Shown here: positions 11,667 to 22,338 of the stretch, in pieces
Layout of the letters: every line of letters starts with the position of its first letter
How positions within the stretch are numbered: the first letter of the stretch is position 1
Origin: Marsupella aquatica
Lineage: Eukaryota; Plantae; Marchantiophyta
Direction: 5' to 3'
Length of the DNA stretch: 64,000 nt
Assembly (NCBI GenBank): GCA_973895155.1
Contig: OZ316893.1
Coordinates: forward strand, 18,542,857 to 18,606,856
The notes under the pieces: model-generated
Seen by the model: only the letters and a program-made list of their open reading frames with translations
Databases searched by the model: none
Told to the model about the DNA's origin: nothing
Translations under genes and position numbers: made by a program

Positions 11667-11801
11667 TGTTATACCCTAACTAGGATTAGATATCTTAACC
11701 CGAGTTAAGATCTAACCAAGATCTAACTCAACTACCTCATGTATATATATTGGACACATGAATAAGATTCATTACATTGTTGGAGTATATGGTTTGTAAC
11801 A
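11667..11801 (+). repeat. Copia 3' LTR (135 bp)
   Basis: Matches the 5' LTR; preceded by the polypurine tract AAGGGGGAG and followed by TSD GAATG. Confidence 0.95.
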
Positions 11802-12086
11802 GAATGTCGGTACTTGACCGGTTGTAGATGAGTTTGCAGAAGAGTTTGCTAGTAGGGTGATTTATTTGATAGGGGACCTTTACTCAGGTTATGATCAATT
11901 CTAGTTGTCTGAGTGTAGTTGAGACATAACAACAATGCGAACACCATTGGGGTTGGTCAAGATGTGTACCTTGCTGCAAGGTGCTACAAACTCGGTAGCA
12001 CACATGCAAAACGCCATGAATATGATTTTGCAACGTTTTATTCCTGACAAGACCCGACCCTTTCTTGATGACGGTCTATTACAATT

Positions 12087-13568
12087 CAGTAAGTGTCCAC
12101 ATTGTTGTTTATTTTGCTAGCGATGTCACTGGCATTAAACTCGTGAAGTAACTGTTTTCGGTTTTGTGCTAAACGGGTACTGTTTGACAAAGATCTACTT
12201 AACTTAGAGTTCCATAACTCATGTGTGCAAGAAAACAAACCATTGTCAGTAGTCATGCATAGTTTTACTAGCAATGTTGCTAGCAATAATAGGACAGGTT
12301 GGAACATTAAAATTGGACAAACTTCTCAAGATTTTATTGCAAAATGAACAAAGATGTTCTAACATATAACTCTGTTACACATGAAATGTCCAAGAACTCT
12401 CTGCAACTCCAAGGTCCAGGGACCAGACTCAAGATACAATACACTATTACAAAATGTCTATGCCCCCTAGAAGATGGACTACTGATAATATTGGACTTCT
12501 GTTTAAGGGCTCGATGCCTTGTACGCGTCGGAATCAGAGTCGGAGACTGTATCATAGTCGGAGGAAGCGAGTACGTTTTCCGTCCAATAGTTGTGGATCT
12601 TGAGGTCCCTCCAATATGAAGTCCTCCTCTTCTCTCTTGCGCTTCTCAGAAACCCCCTTAGAGACAGGGACATTCGAGCAAGAAGACAATGGTATTCGAG
12701 AGACCGCCTTGGACAATGTCTCTTTAGAAGGTGCGGCAACCTTTGAGTCCTTGGAGACGACGGGAGCCACGCAACTGGAAGGAGATGTACTGCTCTTCAC
12801 TGTAGTGTTGACAATACTCTGCTTTGGTGGAGGGGACCTTGGCAGGGAGTCCAGTGGACCATCCATTTTGGCATTATATCGCCGGACTTCGAGAATCCAT
12901 TTTGGAGGAGCTCTACTCTCGTTCCGTGCCATTTCTCCTTGTAAGAGAAACCAATGCGATTCAGATTACTTACAATCTTATGCAAGGTCTACTTATGTTG
13001 ACAAACCAAAAAGCGGATGACAGCAAGTACCTGAGAGAATACCAAACAGTAGGTGGGAAACAAATGACAGAGAATGAAGATACCTCGATCCGGATCCGAC
13101 TGCCAAATCTATCGTGCTTGTGATCGAGGAGGAACTCAATGTAATGTTGTGATGACAGTAGCACAAGTCACGACAGGGCTTCGACTCCCGCAAAGACAAC
13201 AAGAGAAGCGCGTTTCGAGTCCCGCGTCGAACAGAAAGAGAGCCCAAAAGAGTGTCCAAAATGGAATGAATGGAAATGTTTCTAAAGGTGCGAGGGAGAT
13301 ATAGGGGATGGTGGATAGCGGGAGATTGATCCTTCCCAATGTTTGGGATCTTGTCTGTTGGGTGTGCTACGATCTTGTCTATTGCGGGTGTCACGCTCGA
13401 TGGCCGGATGAAGCTTTGGATTCTGTCCTTGGATGCGCTCCCTGTCCGTTATCATGATTTAGGGTCGTTAAGGACCGCACGCCAAAGTTCGTGCGAGAAT
13501 TATGGGTGGCACAATTGCTAGCAATTTTGCTAGCCTGATGTACGTTCAAATAGTATGGTCACTTACTG
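12087..13568. mobile_element. Non-autonomous TIR DNA transposon (CAGTAAGTG termini)
   Basis: Left end CAGTAAGTGTCCA; right end TGGTCACTTACTG (12/13 inverted match); TT on both flanks; repeated TTGCTAGC motif near both ends. Confidence 0.65.
12503..12932 (-). pseudogene. Low-complexity ORF remnant inside the TIR element (possible N-terminus of a transposon protein or captured exon)
   Basis: ATG-started Ser/Pro/Lys-rich ORF with an NLS-like KRKR; an acidic tail continues in a shifted frame; no domain recognised. Confidence 0.3.
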
Positions 13569-14308
13569 TTGCTTTGAGTGGCCAGTTGTGCATGAAATAC
13601 ATGATATGTACAAATGTACCGTCCATGATAGGTCTCGTTATTGAGTGGAATAGTGAATTTTCTGTTGTTTAAGAGATTGGTTTTGTCCTAGCAAGTTTCA
13701 AGTCATGCTAACAAGGTGTAACCATGCCAAGTTTTGCATATATGGAGGAGAAAATGTTCCCGTGCGAGGATTTTTTTTACTGTTTCCTTGCATGTTATAA
13801 TGACCCCACATCATGGCATGGTGTTGGTTTTCATATGTACTACTCACTCTACCTGCTACATACATATTGCTCAAGAAGAACTCTCTTGACAGGATTATAT
13901 CCGCCTATGTGGCAATCTGGTGATTGCTTCATCAATCAGATTTGGTTTTGAGTGATAATTGTATAGTAAAGCACTGAATGTGAAAGACGTTCATGAACAG
14001 ACTGAGGTCAATTTGTATAGGGACAGGCCGAACACAAGCTTTCAAGTTATTGTCAGTTCTCAAAATGCCAGTTTGAGGACATCCAAGATCTGTTCTGGTT
14101 GTAACTCTTTAACTGTTTGACAAGAGTTGGAGCTTTTAGCATGGTTGGAAAGCTCTCATTGAGGTACACCATTCCATGACAGCCATACCATCTCCAAAGT
14201 GACCCATGCCCGTTAGAGAATATCCCTCTCAAATCATCTAGATCATTTAGAAGGAGACACACCCAAAATCCTTCTTTGGGATCTATCAGGGCAGGAAGCT
14301 CACATTAG

Positions 14309-16990
14309 GTGATTCCAACACCTACATCATATCAGGTTCCTCAATTGTCTGTTCAACCACAATCAGGTCTGTACACACCTCTTTCAGCTCCAACCAGCAC
14401 ATTCCCAGCTCCGTTGTTAACATCAACAATTCCACCAGTGTACGGGATGAAGGCTAGCAACTCATCCAGCAAAATTGGGAATTTTAGTGGCCGGCCTAGC
14501 ACCATTTCTCTATGGGAATTCAAAGCAGCATTTTACACAATTGTGTATGAGTTGAAGCTCAAGTACTTGAGCCACTACACTGCTGCCTTTGCATTCAAAC
14601 AATTGGCAAGGCATGTGCACCATGAGGCATTGGACGTGTACCAGCAGCACTCAAGGCGGTTATTGCGTGTCACTCAAACCCCAAATCCTGCTTACGCTGC
14701 TTCCATAGCCGGTGCCCACCAGACAGCTGCTGCTGCTGCCACTTCTTCATCTAGTAGTGCACCTTCATCAACTATGGTGGTATTGAGTCCAGCTGAGCTT
14801 GCTCTAGCTACTACAGGCATCTCTCTCACTCTAGATAAACCAGTGTATCCTGATCCAGTGGATGAGTTCTTTCAAATTATTGAACAAGAATTTACAGTGA
14901 AGAGTTCAAAGAAGATCATAGCTTGCTACATTCATGCGGCAGAAGGATGAAACATTGAAGATGATGTACCAACAATTGCTCAAGTTGAAGGACATCCACC
15001 AACAGTATCACAGACCAAGAGACTGCAAATTGTTATCTTGATGCGCTTGAGAGTAACCCTTCACTCCATTTGCAGGTGCTACAATAGGTTTTTGCACAAC
15101 ATGGGGATTCTTACACTCTTCTTCAAGTGTAAAACATTGCAGAGAAGTTTGAGCTGGCCCATGCTCATTACCAGGCCAGTCACTCATGTTGTGGACCACA
15201 AACCAGGCCTTTGGTTCCTACCCCAACACCTGGTAGGTCAATAGTGCAACCCCAACGAGTTAAGCAATGCTGCACCTATGCTTGTCCCTTCTTGCAATTC
15301 CTATGGGAATCCAGATCATAAGCCTTATGAATGTGATGTCCCTACAGATGAGCTCTACTGTGACTTTTGTGGGAAGTCTAGACATTTGGAACCTGTATGT
15401 TTCTCCAAGTTTCCAAAGCGGAAGAACTTGAGGCACCAGCCCACTCCCACCATTGCCCTTTCTTCCTTTGCACAGTCCAAGAGGAGTGTTGCCGCTACTC
15501 TTTCATTGTCCAACAAACCTGCTGGTTTTAACAAGAATGCCAAGAACAAGGAGCACCAGAAAGCTCCGTTCTTCAAGCTCCAACTACTCAGGTGCACGAA
15601 TTGACATGACTTCTTTGCCAAAAAGTGCCTCAACTCTGAATTTAGTAGTGGGGCATGTACAGCAACCAGGTGCATCACCAAAAGCTAATCATATGGTACA
15701 ATCTCCATATCATATTTCAGGCATGGCACACCAATTTCTCACTCCTCCATTGTTTAGTTGCCAAGACCTAGAGTTGAATGCTAGAGATGTGATTACCTTG
15801 CTGGAGGGCACATTGAACTCTACGTCAGGTCCCTCATTAGCTACTATGATGCCTGTTATGGAGATCCAACATCAGGTTTTGATTGGACCCAATTTGTCAC
15901 ATGCTGAAAATAGTATGCATTTGTCACTTCCTAGTTCTAGTGCTACTATGACTATTGATTCCATGACTAAGTCTACATCTGAGTGTTCAGGGAATTCTCA
16001 ATCCCTCTTGGACATGCTCATCAGTGACAAGGTTGTGGAAACTAATGTCCTGCACAAGATGTCTCACAATGTGCCCAAGATTGTTCCTAGTGACAGGACT
16101 TCAGTCTCCACTAGTGTTGCCATTGTTGATATGGCTGCAGCGGTACGGGTTTGGGCCATGTTCCTAAGGTGGTCATGTTCCATACTAGAGCTCAGTCTAT
16201 GATTCTTGGAATTCAATTTGCTTTGTTGGGGCTAGTTGACTCCAAATTGCATAAATCAACATGGTACATCCGGACAACAAGTGGCCCTGTGGAGGAGGTA
16301 CTAGGTGATAGTGCTAAATAGTTCACTCTCTCTTCAAATGAAGGTACAGATCAAGAACTCCAATTCCAGGTCAGATGTCTGGTCACCAATGCCACCAGCT
16401 ATGATGTGCTCATTGGCCAAGAGGCTTTATTCTTGCCAGGATCTACCGTTGATAACTAGTGCATACTATCGTGCTGATTGGCAAACTGATGGCATGTGCT
16501 TGGGCTACATTCCATTGGATTTACATGGGGAACATACCCCTAGTGCTCACTACTGTGTTGAAAGAGGTGCATGCAGTTTCCTATGTCAACCATTCATTGC
16601 ACGATTGGATTGAAGAAGATGAAGAGGAGTTGGCTATCACACAAGCCAATGAGAGATTACTGGCTGCACCTACTGAGTTAGCTCCTCAACCTGGGGTTGT
16701 ACAATGGCTAAGAGCTGCCCATGGACCATTGACTATTGCTCTGCAGCAATGTGAGGGCCTACAAAGCCATGGTCAGCCCATAATCCCAGTCTTAAGCACA
16801 CTAATCACTTGGACACCTCCTCGAGATGGTGTTACCTTGCTAGAACTTGTTGGTGGCATTTCTACAGGCCTAGAGGGGGTCTTTCAGTCTAGCATGATGG
16901 TGAAGAGGTACATCTATGTGGACACTGACCCATATGCAAGGAAGATGGCTCAATCACAGATCTGGAATTTTCAACTAGGTTCCCACAGCA
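14309..16990 (+). mobile_element. DNMT-carrying Gypsy copy A (subfamily 1), 5' half: gag, two zinc knuckles, protease, start of C5-methyltransferase
   Basis: Gag 14309-14950; knuckles CNSYGNPDHKPYEC and CDFCGKSRHLEPVC; decayed protease VVMFHTRAQSMILG near 16170; MTase motif I region LLELVGGISTG...RYIYVDTD. 16768-16990 is near-identical to 42033-42258. Confidence 0.8.
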
Positions 16991-17019
16991 TTATAGTTTA
17001 CACATTGACAGATGGATTA

Positions 17020-18045
17020 CCAATGCATTTCGTTGCATCTTTTCTGGACCTACTAGCATAGTTACACAAATCTTGAGCTGCATAGCTCTTGAACTCAAAG
17101 CCTGGGCATTTAAGCAGACCAAGTTCCTACGCAAGTTCTTCCACATACAAACTTCCTTCTTTTGGGTCATTGATTCACTGTATGAATTCATGTTGAACTT
17201 GCCCTCTAAACTACACAACTACTTTGTAGCGGATATTACCTGATGCTATTAAACCATCCCTCTCAACGGGAATGATAACCTACCCAATGCCCTGGCACAC
17301 GTCGCCAGAATTGCTTTTGAACATCATAATACTAAACTTCAAAAAAATGAACGTCTCTGGGTCCTCATCAACGTTACAACGGGACTCGCGACAGAAGCAT
17401 GGTGGGGACAACAATCACCTGGTACATCCTGTTGGATTGAATTTTCTCTAGAATGCTTCCTTATGTTACAATCTTGGCTGATCTCTAATTGTTTCATCCG
17501 ACTCAGGGATCAAGTTTGGCGCCAGATTACTGGAATCCCGATGGGCTTTTCTTGCTCACCACAATGGTGTAACTTATACTTCATTTCATATGAGTTTAAA
17601 TTCATGCAACGACTAGCGCAACTGAAATGCCATCATATGATGCCACTCTTCCACAATACGTACCGATACGCCAAAATACTAATATTAGTTTGGACCTTAG
17701 TAAAAAATGGACCTTAATAAAAAATCAAGTTTGGTGCAGCTGAAATTCCATCATATGATGCCACTCTTCCACAATACGTATCGATACGCTGAAATACAAA
17801 TATTAGTTTGGACCTTAGTAAAAATGGACCTTAGTAAAAAATCAAGTTTGGCGCCAGATTACTGGAATCCCGATGGGCTTTTCTTGCTCATCACAATGGT
17901 GTAAGTTATAATTCATTTCATATGAGTTTAAATTCATGTAACGACTAGCGCAACTGAAATTCCATCATATGATGCCACTCTTCCACAATACGTACCGATA
18001 CATCGACAACTTCTGCATCCTCAACAAAGAACTCTTCAAGATTCT
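17020..18045 (+). mobile_element. Penelope-like element RT fragment with internal duplications
   Basis: FFWVIDS...FVADIT..Y.TIP, then RQITGIPMGFSCSP...NLY...TYRYIDN, i.e. PLE-type RT motifs; stops present. Confidence 0.7.
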
Positions 18046-18049
18046 TGGC

Positions 18050-18260
18050 ACCATAGACTTACAATGACATCACTTTGACAACATACCCGCCAAGGTGCAG
18101 TTGTTTGTCAACTATAGGTTTGGCACGCCCTTGAGTCATTGCGGAGTATCTCCACTTGTTCCACCACCGCTCCCATGGCACCTCCTTCATCGGCCCCAAC
18201 GTCAAACCTCCCCGGGGACAATCAACATCAGACGCCACCTTGGGCCCCAGTTGACATGGC
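18050..18260 (+). repeat. Diverged fragment of the element at 37400-40380
   Basis: CACTTTGACAACATACCCGCCAAGGTGCAG at about 18072 matches CACTTTGATGACATACCCGCCAAGGTGCAG at about 38166. Confidence 0.6.
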
Positions 18261-18699
18261 CTGTATCATATTCAAAATGTTGTTTGTTTGGCATGTAGGA
18301 GATATATAAGTTGTGGATTTCACTGTATTCATTTGTCATCTTTCTAGTCCCATATATCACCTTGCCATCTATTTTTGTTTCTGTATTAGTGTATTTGTAG
18401 GATGTGAAAGTTAGGGTTTAGTACCATGAATGGAATTTGTGAGTTATGTTGTGATTTGTCACACTTTTGGCAAATGGCCATGGCCCAAGTATCCCTCATT
18501 TTCCCTGCCTATCAAGAGTAGCTTGCATGGCATGGCATTACGAAAGAACCTAGTAGATATACAGATTGAAACAATTTTCTAGAATTCGACAATACTCCAA
18601 AGGGGAATTGAACCCCTCGTGCTGCCATCAAGTAGGAGTTCCAACCTAGAGAAGGGGAAGGAGACACAAGCCAAAGAAACACATGTAAAGAGTAGCATA

Positions 18700-19200
18700 A
18701 CAAACCCATACAATGACAATAGTAGAAATAAACAAATAAAAAACACAGGTGAACCTCAACAAGTAAATGCAGAAACAAGGATGGTCTTTTGCCTTGCAGC
18801 TCCCAAGTTAGGGTTATGCATTGCAGTTGGGTGAAGGAGGCACATGCCAAACAAAAATAATAAAATAGTATAGTAGAACAAAGAAAACATGGAACAATAA
18901 GCAAATAAGGATGAAATGATAACCATGCAACCTTAGAAAACTAATGGCATACACCAATATGGTGTTTGCTTAGCAGCTCCTAGGTGGTTTGCACTTGCAA
19001 TTGGGAAAGGAAGGGAGGCACATGCAATACAAAGACCCCAAAATTGGTAGAACAAATAACCCAGACATGGAAAATTAACTCAAGTGATAAGAACAATGAT
19101 GAAAATAAAAACCAACCTCCAAACCTAAAACCGGAAACCCACATGTTGTTTGCAAGGTAGCTCCCAAGTGGAGTGCACTGTAGTTGTGACTCCTATTGGA
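18700..19200. repeat. Degenerate ~180-bp tandem repeat, about 3 units
   Basis: Motif TTTGC..GCAGCTCC.A.GT..TGCA.T.CA.TTG recurs at about 18788, 18966 and 19149. Confidence 0.55.
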
Positions 19201-19564
19201 AAGGGTGTTCTATCTGCAAAATTGGCAACACGTGCTCGTTTGCGGTACACAATGTACCTTTATTTGTGGGGAATAGTTTCAGTGTATGCCTATGCAACAC
19301 ACATATGAAAATCCTGAGCTGTCACGGGAGAAAGAGGTTGGGCAAAGTTGAGGTCATCAAGGTTTTTGTCTATTGCTCTGAAAAAATTTGGGAACCTAAC
19401 AACAATGTCTACATGTCTCAGAAGTTGGAATTTCCGATGTCCTGGTGGAGGAACAGGCCATGACAAGCGGTATATGCCATCTCCATAGGAGATCAATTCC
19501 GTTGGTCTGTTTTGATGCTCAACGCCCCTACAACATGGCCAATTGAAATTCAATGTTCATGCAA

Positions 19565-20582
19565 TTATATTCCCCCCAAACACATGGCCTGGGCGCTGTG
19601 TTCGAGTTTGAAGTCAATGTTTTCATTTTTTGGACTTGTGGCGCTGTGTTTGAAATGTGGCATTGTGTTCAAAATATGGCGTTGTGTTCAAATTTAAGGT
19701 AATGTGCTTGAATTTTGGCATTGTGAGATGCATGTAGGGTGTAAGTAGGAATGATAGGCATAGAAGTTATGTCTATTAGAGAGGAGTGTGTTCAAGTTTA
19801 GGTTTTTTGAATTCCCAACAATATTTGCTCAGGTCAAAGGATGTGTAGCTAAATAATTGAACCACTGACATTACACAAGGAGAGAAATCAAATTTGCAAT
19901 AGAAAACAAAACTTGACAAACCATAGGTACCAAGTGTACTATTATCACTTAGTAAAACATATTTGTCCACTTTTCACTATTTTTTAGTTTACTGTCAGTG
20001 GGCAATTTGTTCATTTCTATTATTTAATCTTTCTTCATGTAGTCTGGAATGTTCTTGAGATTGCTTTGTTTCTATTGGAGTGCCTCGATCTTGATGCAAT
20101 GGAAAATTGGAAATAGAGAAAGTGAGTTTTCAGACCTAATTATGCACGTAGGCACTATGGGTTTCTTTGACAAGATGTCGTGGCGTCAGTCAGAGGTTCA
20201 TGTGAAAGTCCACTGAAAGTTCACACAGTAGATATATCGATACTTTTGGATTGCTGCTTAACATTTTGGAAACAGCACACACTTCTTCGAGAATGAAGGA
20301 TTTTGAAATTAGTTTACATTTCTCAAAGGATGATGGCTTTTGTAAGTTGAAAGAGCAGACATGTCGGACACTTTTAAGTAACATATTGTAGTTGCAACCT
20401 GGTTACCTTTCTCCTATAGTCACTTGTGCACATTTTTGAACACAAAGTCAGTTTCAAACACAGCGCCCGGGCGTTGTGTTAATATGGCGTTGTGTTTGAG
20501 TCAACACGTCTTTTTTGCCTAAAGTCCCTGTTTTGACCATATTCAAACACAACGCCCGGGCGCTGTGTTTGGGGGAAGACAG
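19565..20582. mobile_element. MITE / non-autonomous Tc1-mariner (pogo-like) element
   Basis: Inverted ends TTCCCCC(C)AAACAC...GGGCGCTGTGTT and AACACAACGCCCGGGCGCTGTGTTTGGGGGAAGACAG, the right end followed by TA; several subterminal GGCG(C/T)TGTGTT repeats; left end decayed. Confidence 0.65.
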
Positions 20583-21182
20583 TAGTTGTTGTTCAATGAA
20601 TACATCTTATTTTTTAAATGGGAAATTAAACAAGACCAAGCAATTATTATGCAAGACAGTGCATGATGGAAAGTAAATTGTACACAAACTCATAAACGTT
20701 GTGTGAGACTTTGTGCAAGTAAGACCCAAATACATGAGAAATAAGAGGGGCAATTTCTATGCATACAAACAGGCCACAAGCAAAGTAGACATAAGCAAAA
20801 ATAACTTGAAGGGTAGCAATTTCTTCAATTTTTTTTGCAAGATAGAATGTACTTGGGATTATTCATGTTGAGTGATTGGAAGGTCGATGAACAATGAGAA
20901 CAACTGCACAACATAAGGACAAATGAATAATAGAGTGGGTTGCAAAAGTGATTTGAGCATGCCCTTTCTTTTATAGTCCTCCTAGCCTAAACAGAAAGAG
21001 TGAACTCAAGGCAGCAGAATGAGGATGAGAATGAATGACTATATTCGTTGGTTTTGGACACAATGAACCCACCGTCTCGGCAAGGGAATGGAAGGGAATA
21101 TTGAGAGGAGAAACAATGAGAAGAGTTTGCAAGGAAGAACTAGAATCTAACAAGAAAACTTGTCTAGTTTGTAGTAGAGAAG

Positions 21183-21788
21183 TGTCGTGCGCATACACAT
21201 CGCTACACAACCTACATTGCTTGTCATCACATACATCCAGACATCGTCACATTGCCACATCACAAACACAAGAGAATGGAATACAAGTGGAACTCATATC
21301 CACACATGTCCAAAACCCACAATAATCTTCACAACAATCGTAACAACGATCGATGCCAACAATACGCACTCAATCCCAGGCATCCGATCCAATCACACAC
21401 ATATGTCGAGCCAACGCACCTTGCACTCAAGGAATCCATGCTACATAGAGAGAGCTCTCAGCCACCATAGCCACCACACAAGCTCTCCTCTCCAAGGCTC
21501 AACATTGAAAGATAACCTTTCAATGCCTCACAAGAGAGAACTACCCTCTCACACAAACCTAACGGAACCTTATCGGCTTATAGCACACATACCAAACATA
21601 CTAACCTAGATAGTACAATACACTCTAACACTACCTAGAATGGTGTGACAGCTATCGTGCGCATACACATCGCTACACAACCTACATCGCTTGTCACATA
21701 CATCCAAATATTGTCACACTGCCACATCACAAACACAAGAGAATGGAATACAAGTGGAACTCATGTCCACATATGTCCAAAACCCACA
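21183..21788 (-). repeat. 3' LTR region of Gypsy copy B, with a ~135-bp direct repeat at both ends
   Basis: TGTGGGTTTTGG begins 2 nt after the PPT; 21185-21323 repeats 21655-21790. Confidence 0.6.
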
Positions 21789-21964
21789 ATCGCCCCCTAG
21801 TTGGGAGTAAGGTCCCCTAACTCTAGCTAGCCATGAGTTCTACAAGGCTGATATACACCTTTTTTTAAGTGTGAAGATCAGGAGGCCGGGTGCAAGTGAA
21901 CCCCATCAATCACCTTCCTGCAATACATATCTGCCAAGAGAACACAAATGATAACTAGTCGACT

Positions 21965-22112
21965 TCACCGACACTGAGGACACAACCATGATCCACTAGG
22001 AATCACCTGTAATGGTGGTGTCAAACATGATATGTGCCATCCTCTAGAACACTTATCACAAATCAATATAGTAGCTGTTCCTGAGCAGATCCACACAACA
22101 TACATTTCAAGC
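21965..22112 (-). pseudogene. PHD finger at the integrase C-terminus (one frameshift)
   Basis: CMLCGSA/GTATILICDKCSRGWHISCLTPPLQVIPSGSWLCPQCR* gives the C4HC3 pattern. Confidence 0.9.
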
Positions 22113-22338
22113 CAACACGAACATGTGCCAAGCTTGTATCTATTGTACCATCAATGTTGGGAAGGTGACATGGTGCACAGTTGCGCACATGATCTTTCCA
22201 AACCATACCATCGTGTCCCTCCAACATCAGGACACCAGAAGGCAACACTTCATGCACACGTAAAATTGTCCGGCCTACGGTCACATCAAGTGTCGTGGGT
22301 GCTGTCTCCTACAAATAAACATAATCACCAGGATGAAA

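Larger units (their letters stand above)
5388..11801 (+). mobile_element. Full-length Ty1/Copia LTR retrotransposon, Bianca-like lineage
   Basis: 135-bp TG...CA LTRs at both ends; 5-bp TSD GAATG (5383-5387 and 11802-11806); PBS CGTTATCAGCACG; PPT AAGGGGGAG; gag-PR-INT-RT-RH order; Bianca-like integrase-downstream motif RTKMGPQRRKGIYVGF...ARFSDCHF. Confidence 0.95.
3932..12072 (+). mobile_element. Decayed Ty3/Gypsy pol fragment (protease, RT N-half), split by the Copia insertion at 5388-11801
   Basis: Protease LLDSGSEVN...MILGQPF at 3932-4516. RT runs WFTIKKK...RFIQDMQPPNRVTIRN up to 5387, resumes after the Copia with VDEFAEEF...GDLYSGYDQF...QGATNS...PFLDD and stops near 12072. In-frame stops are present. 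Confidence 0.85.
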
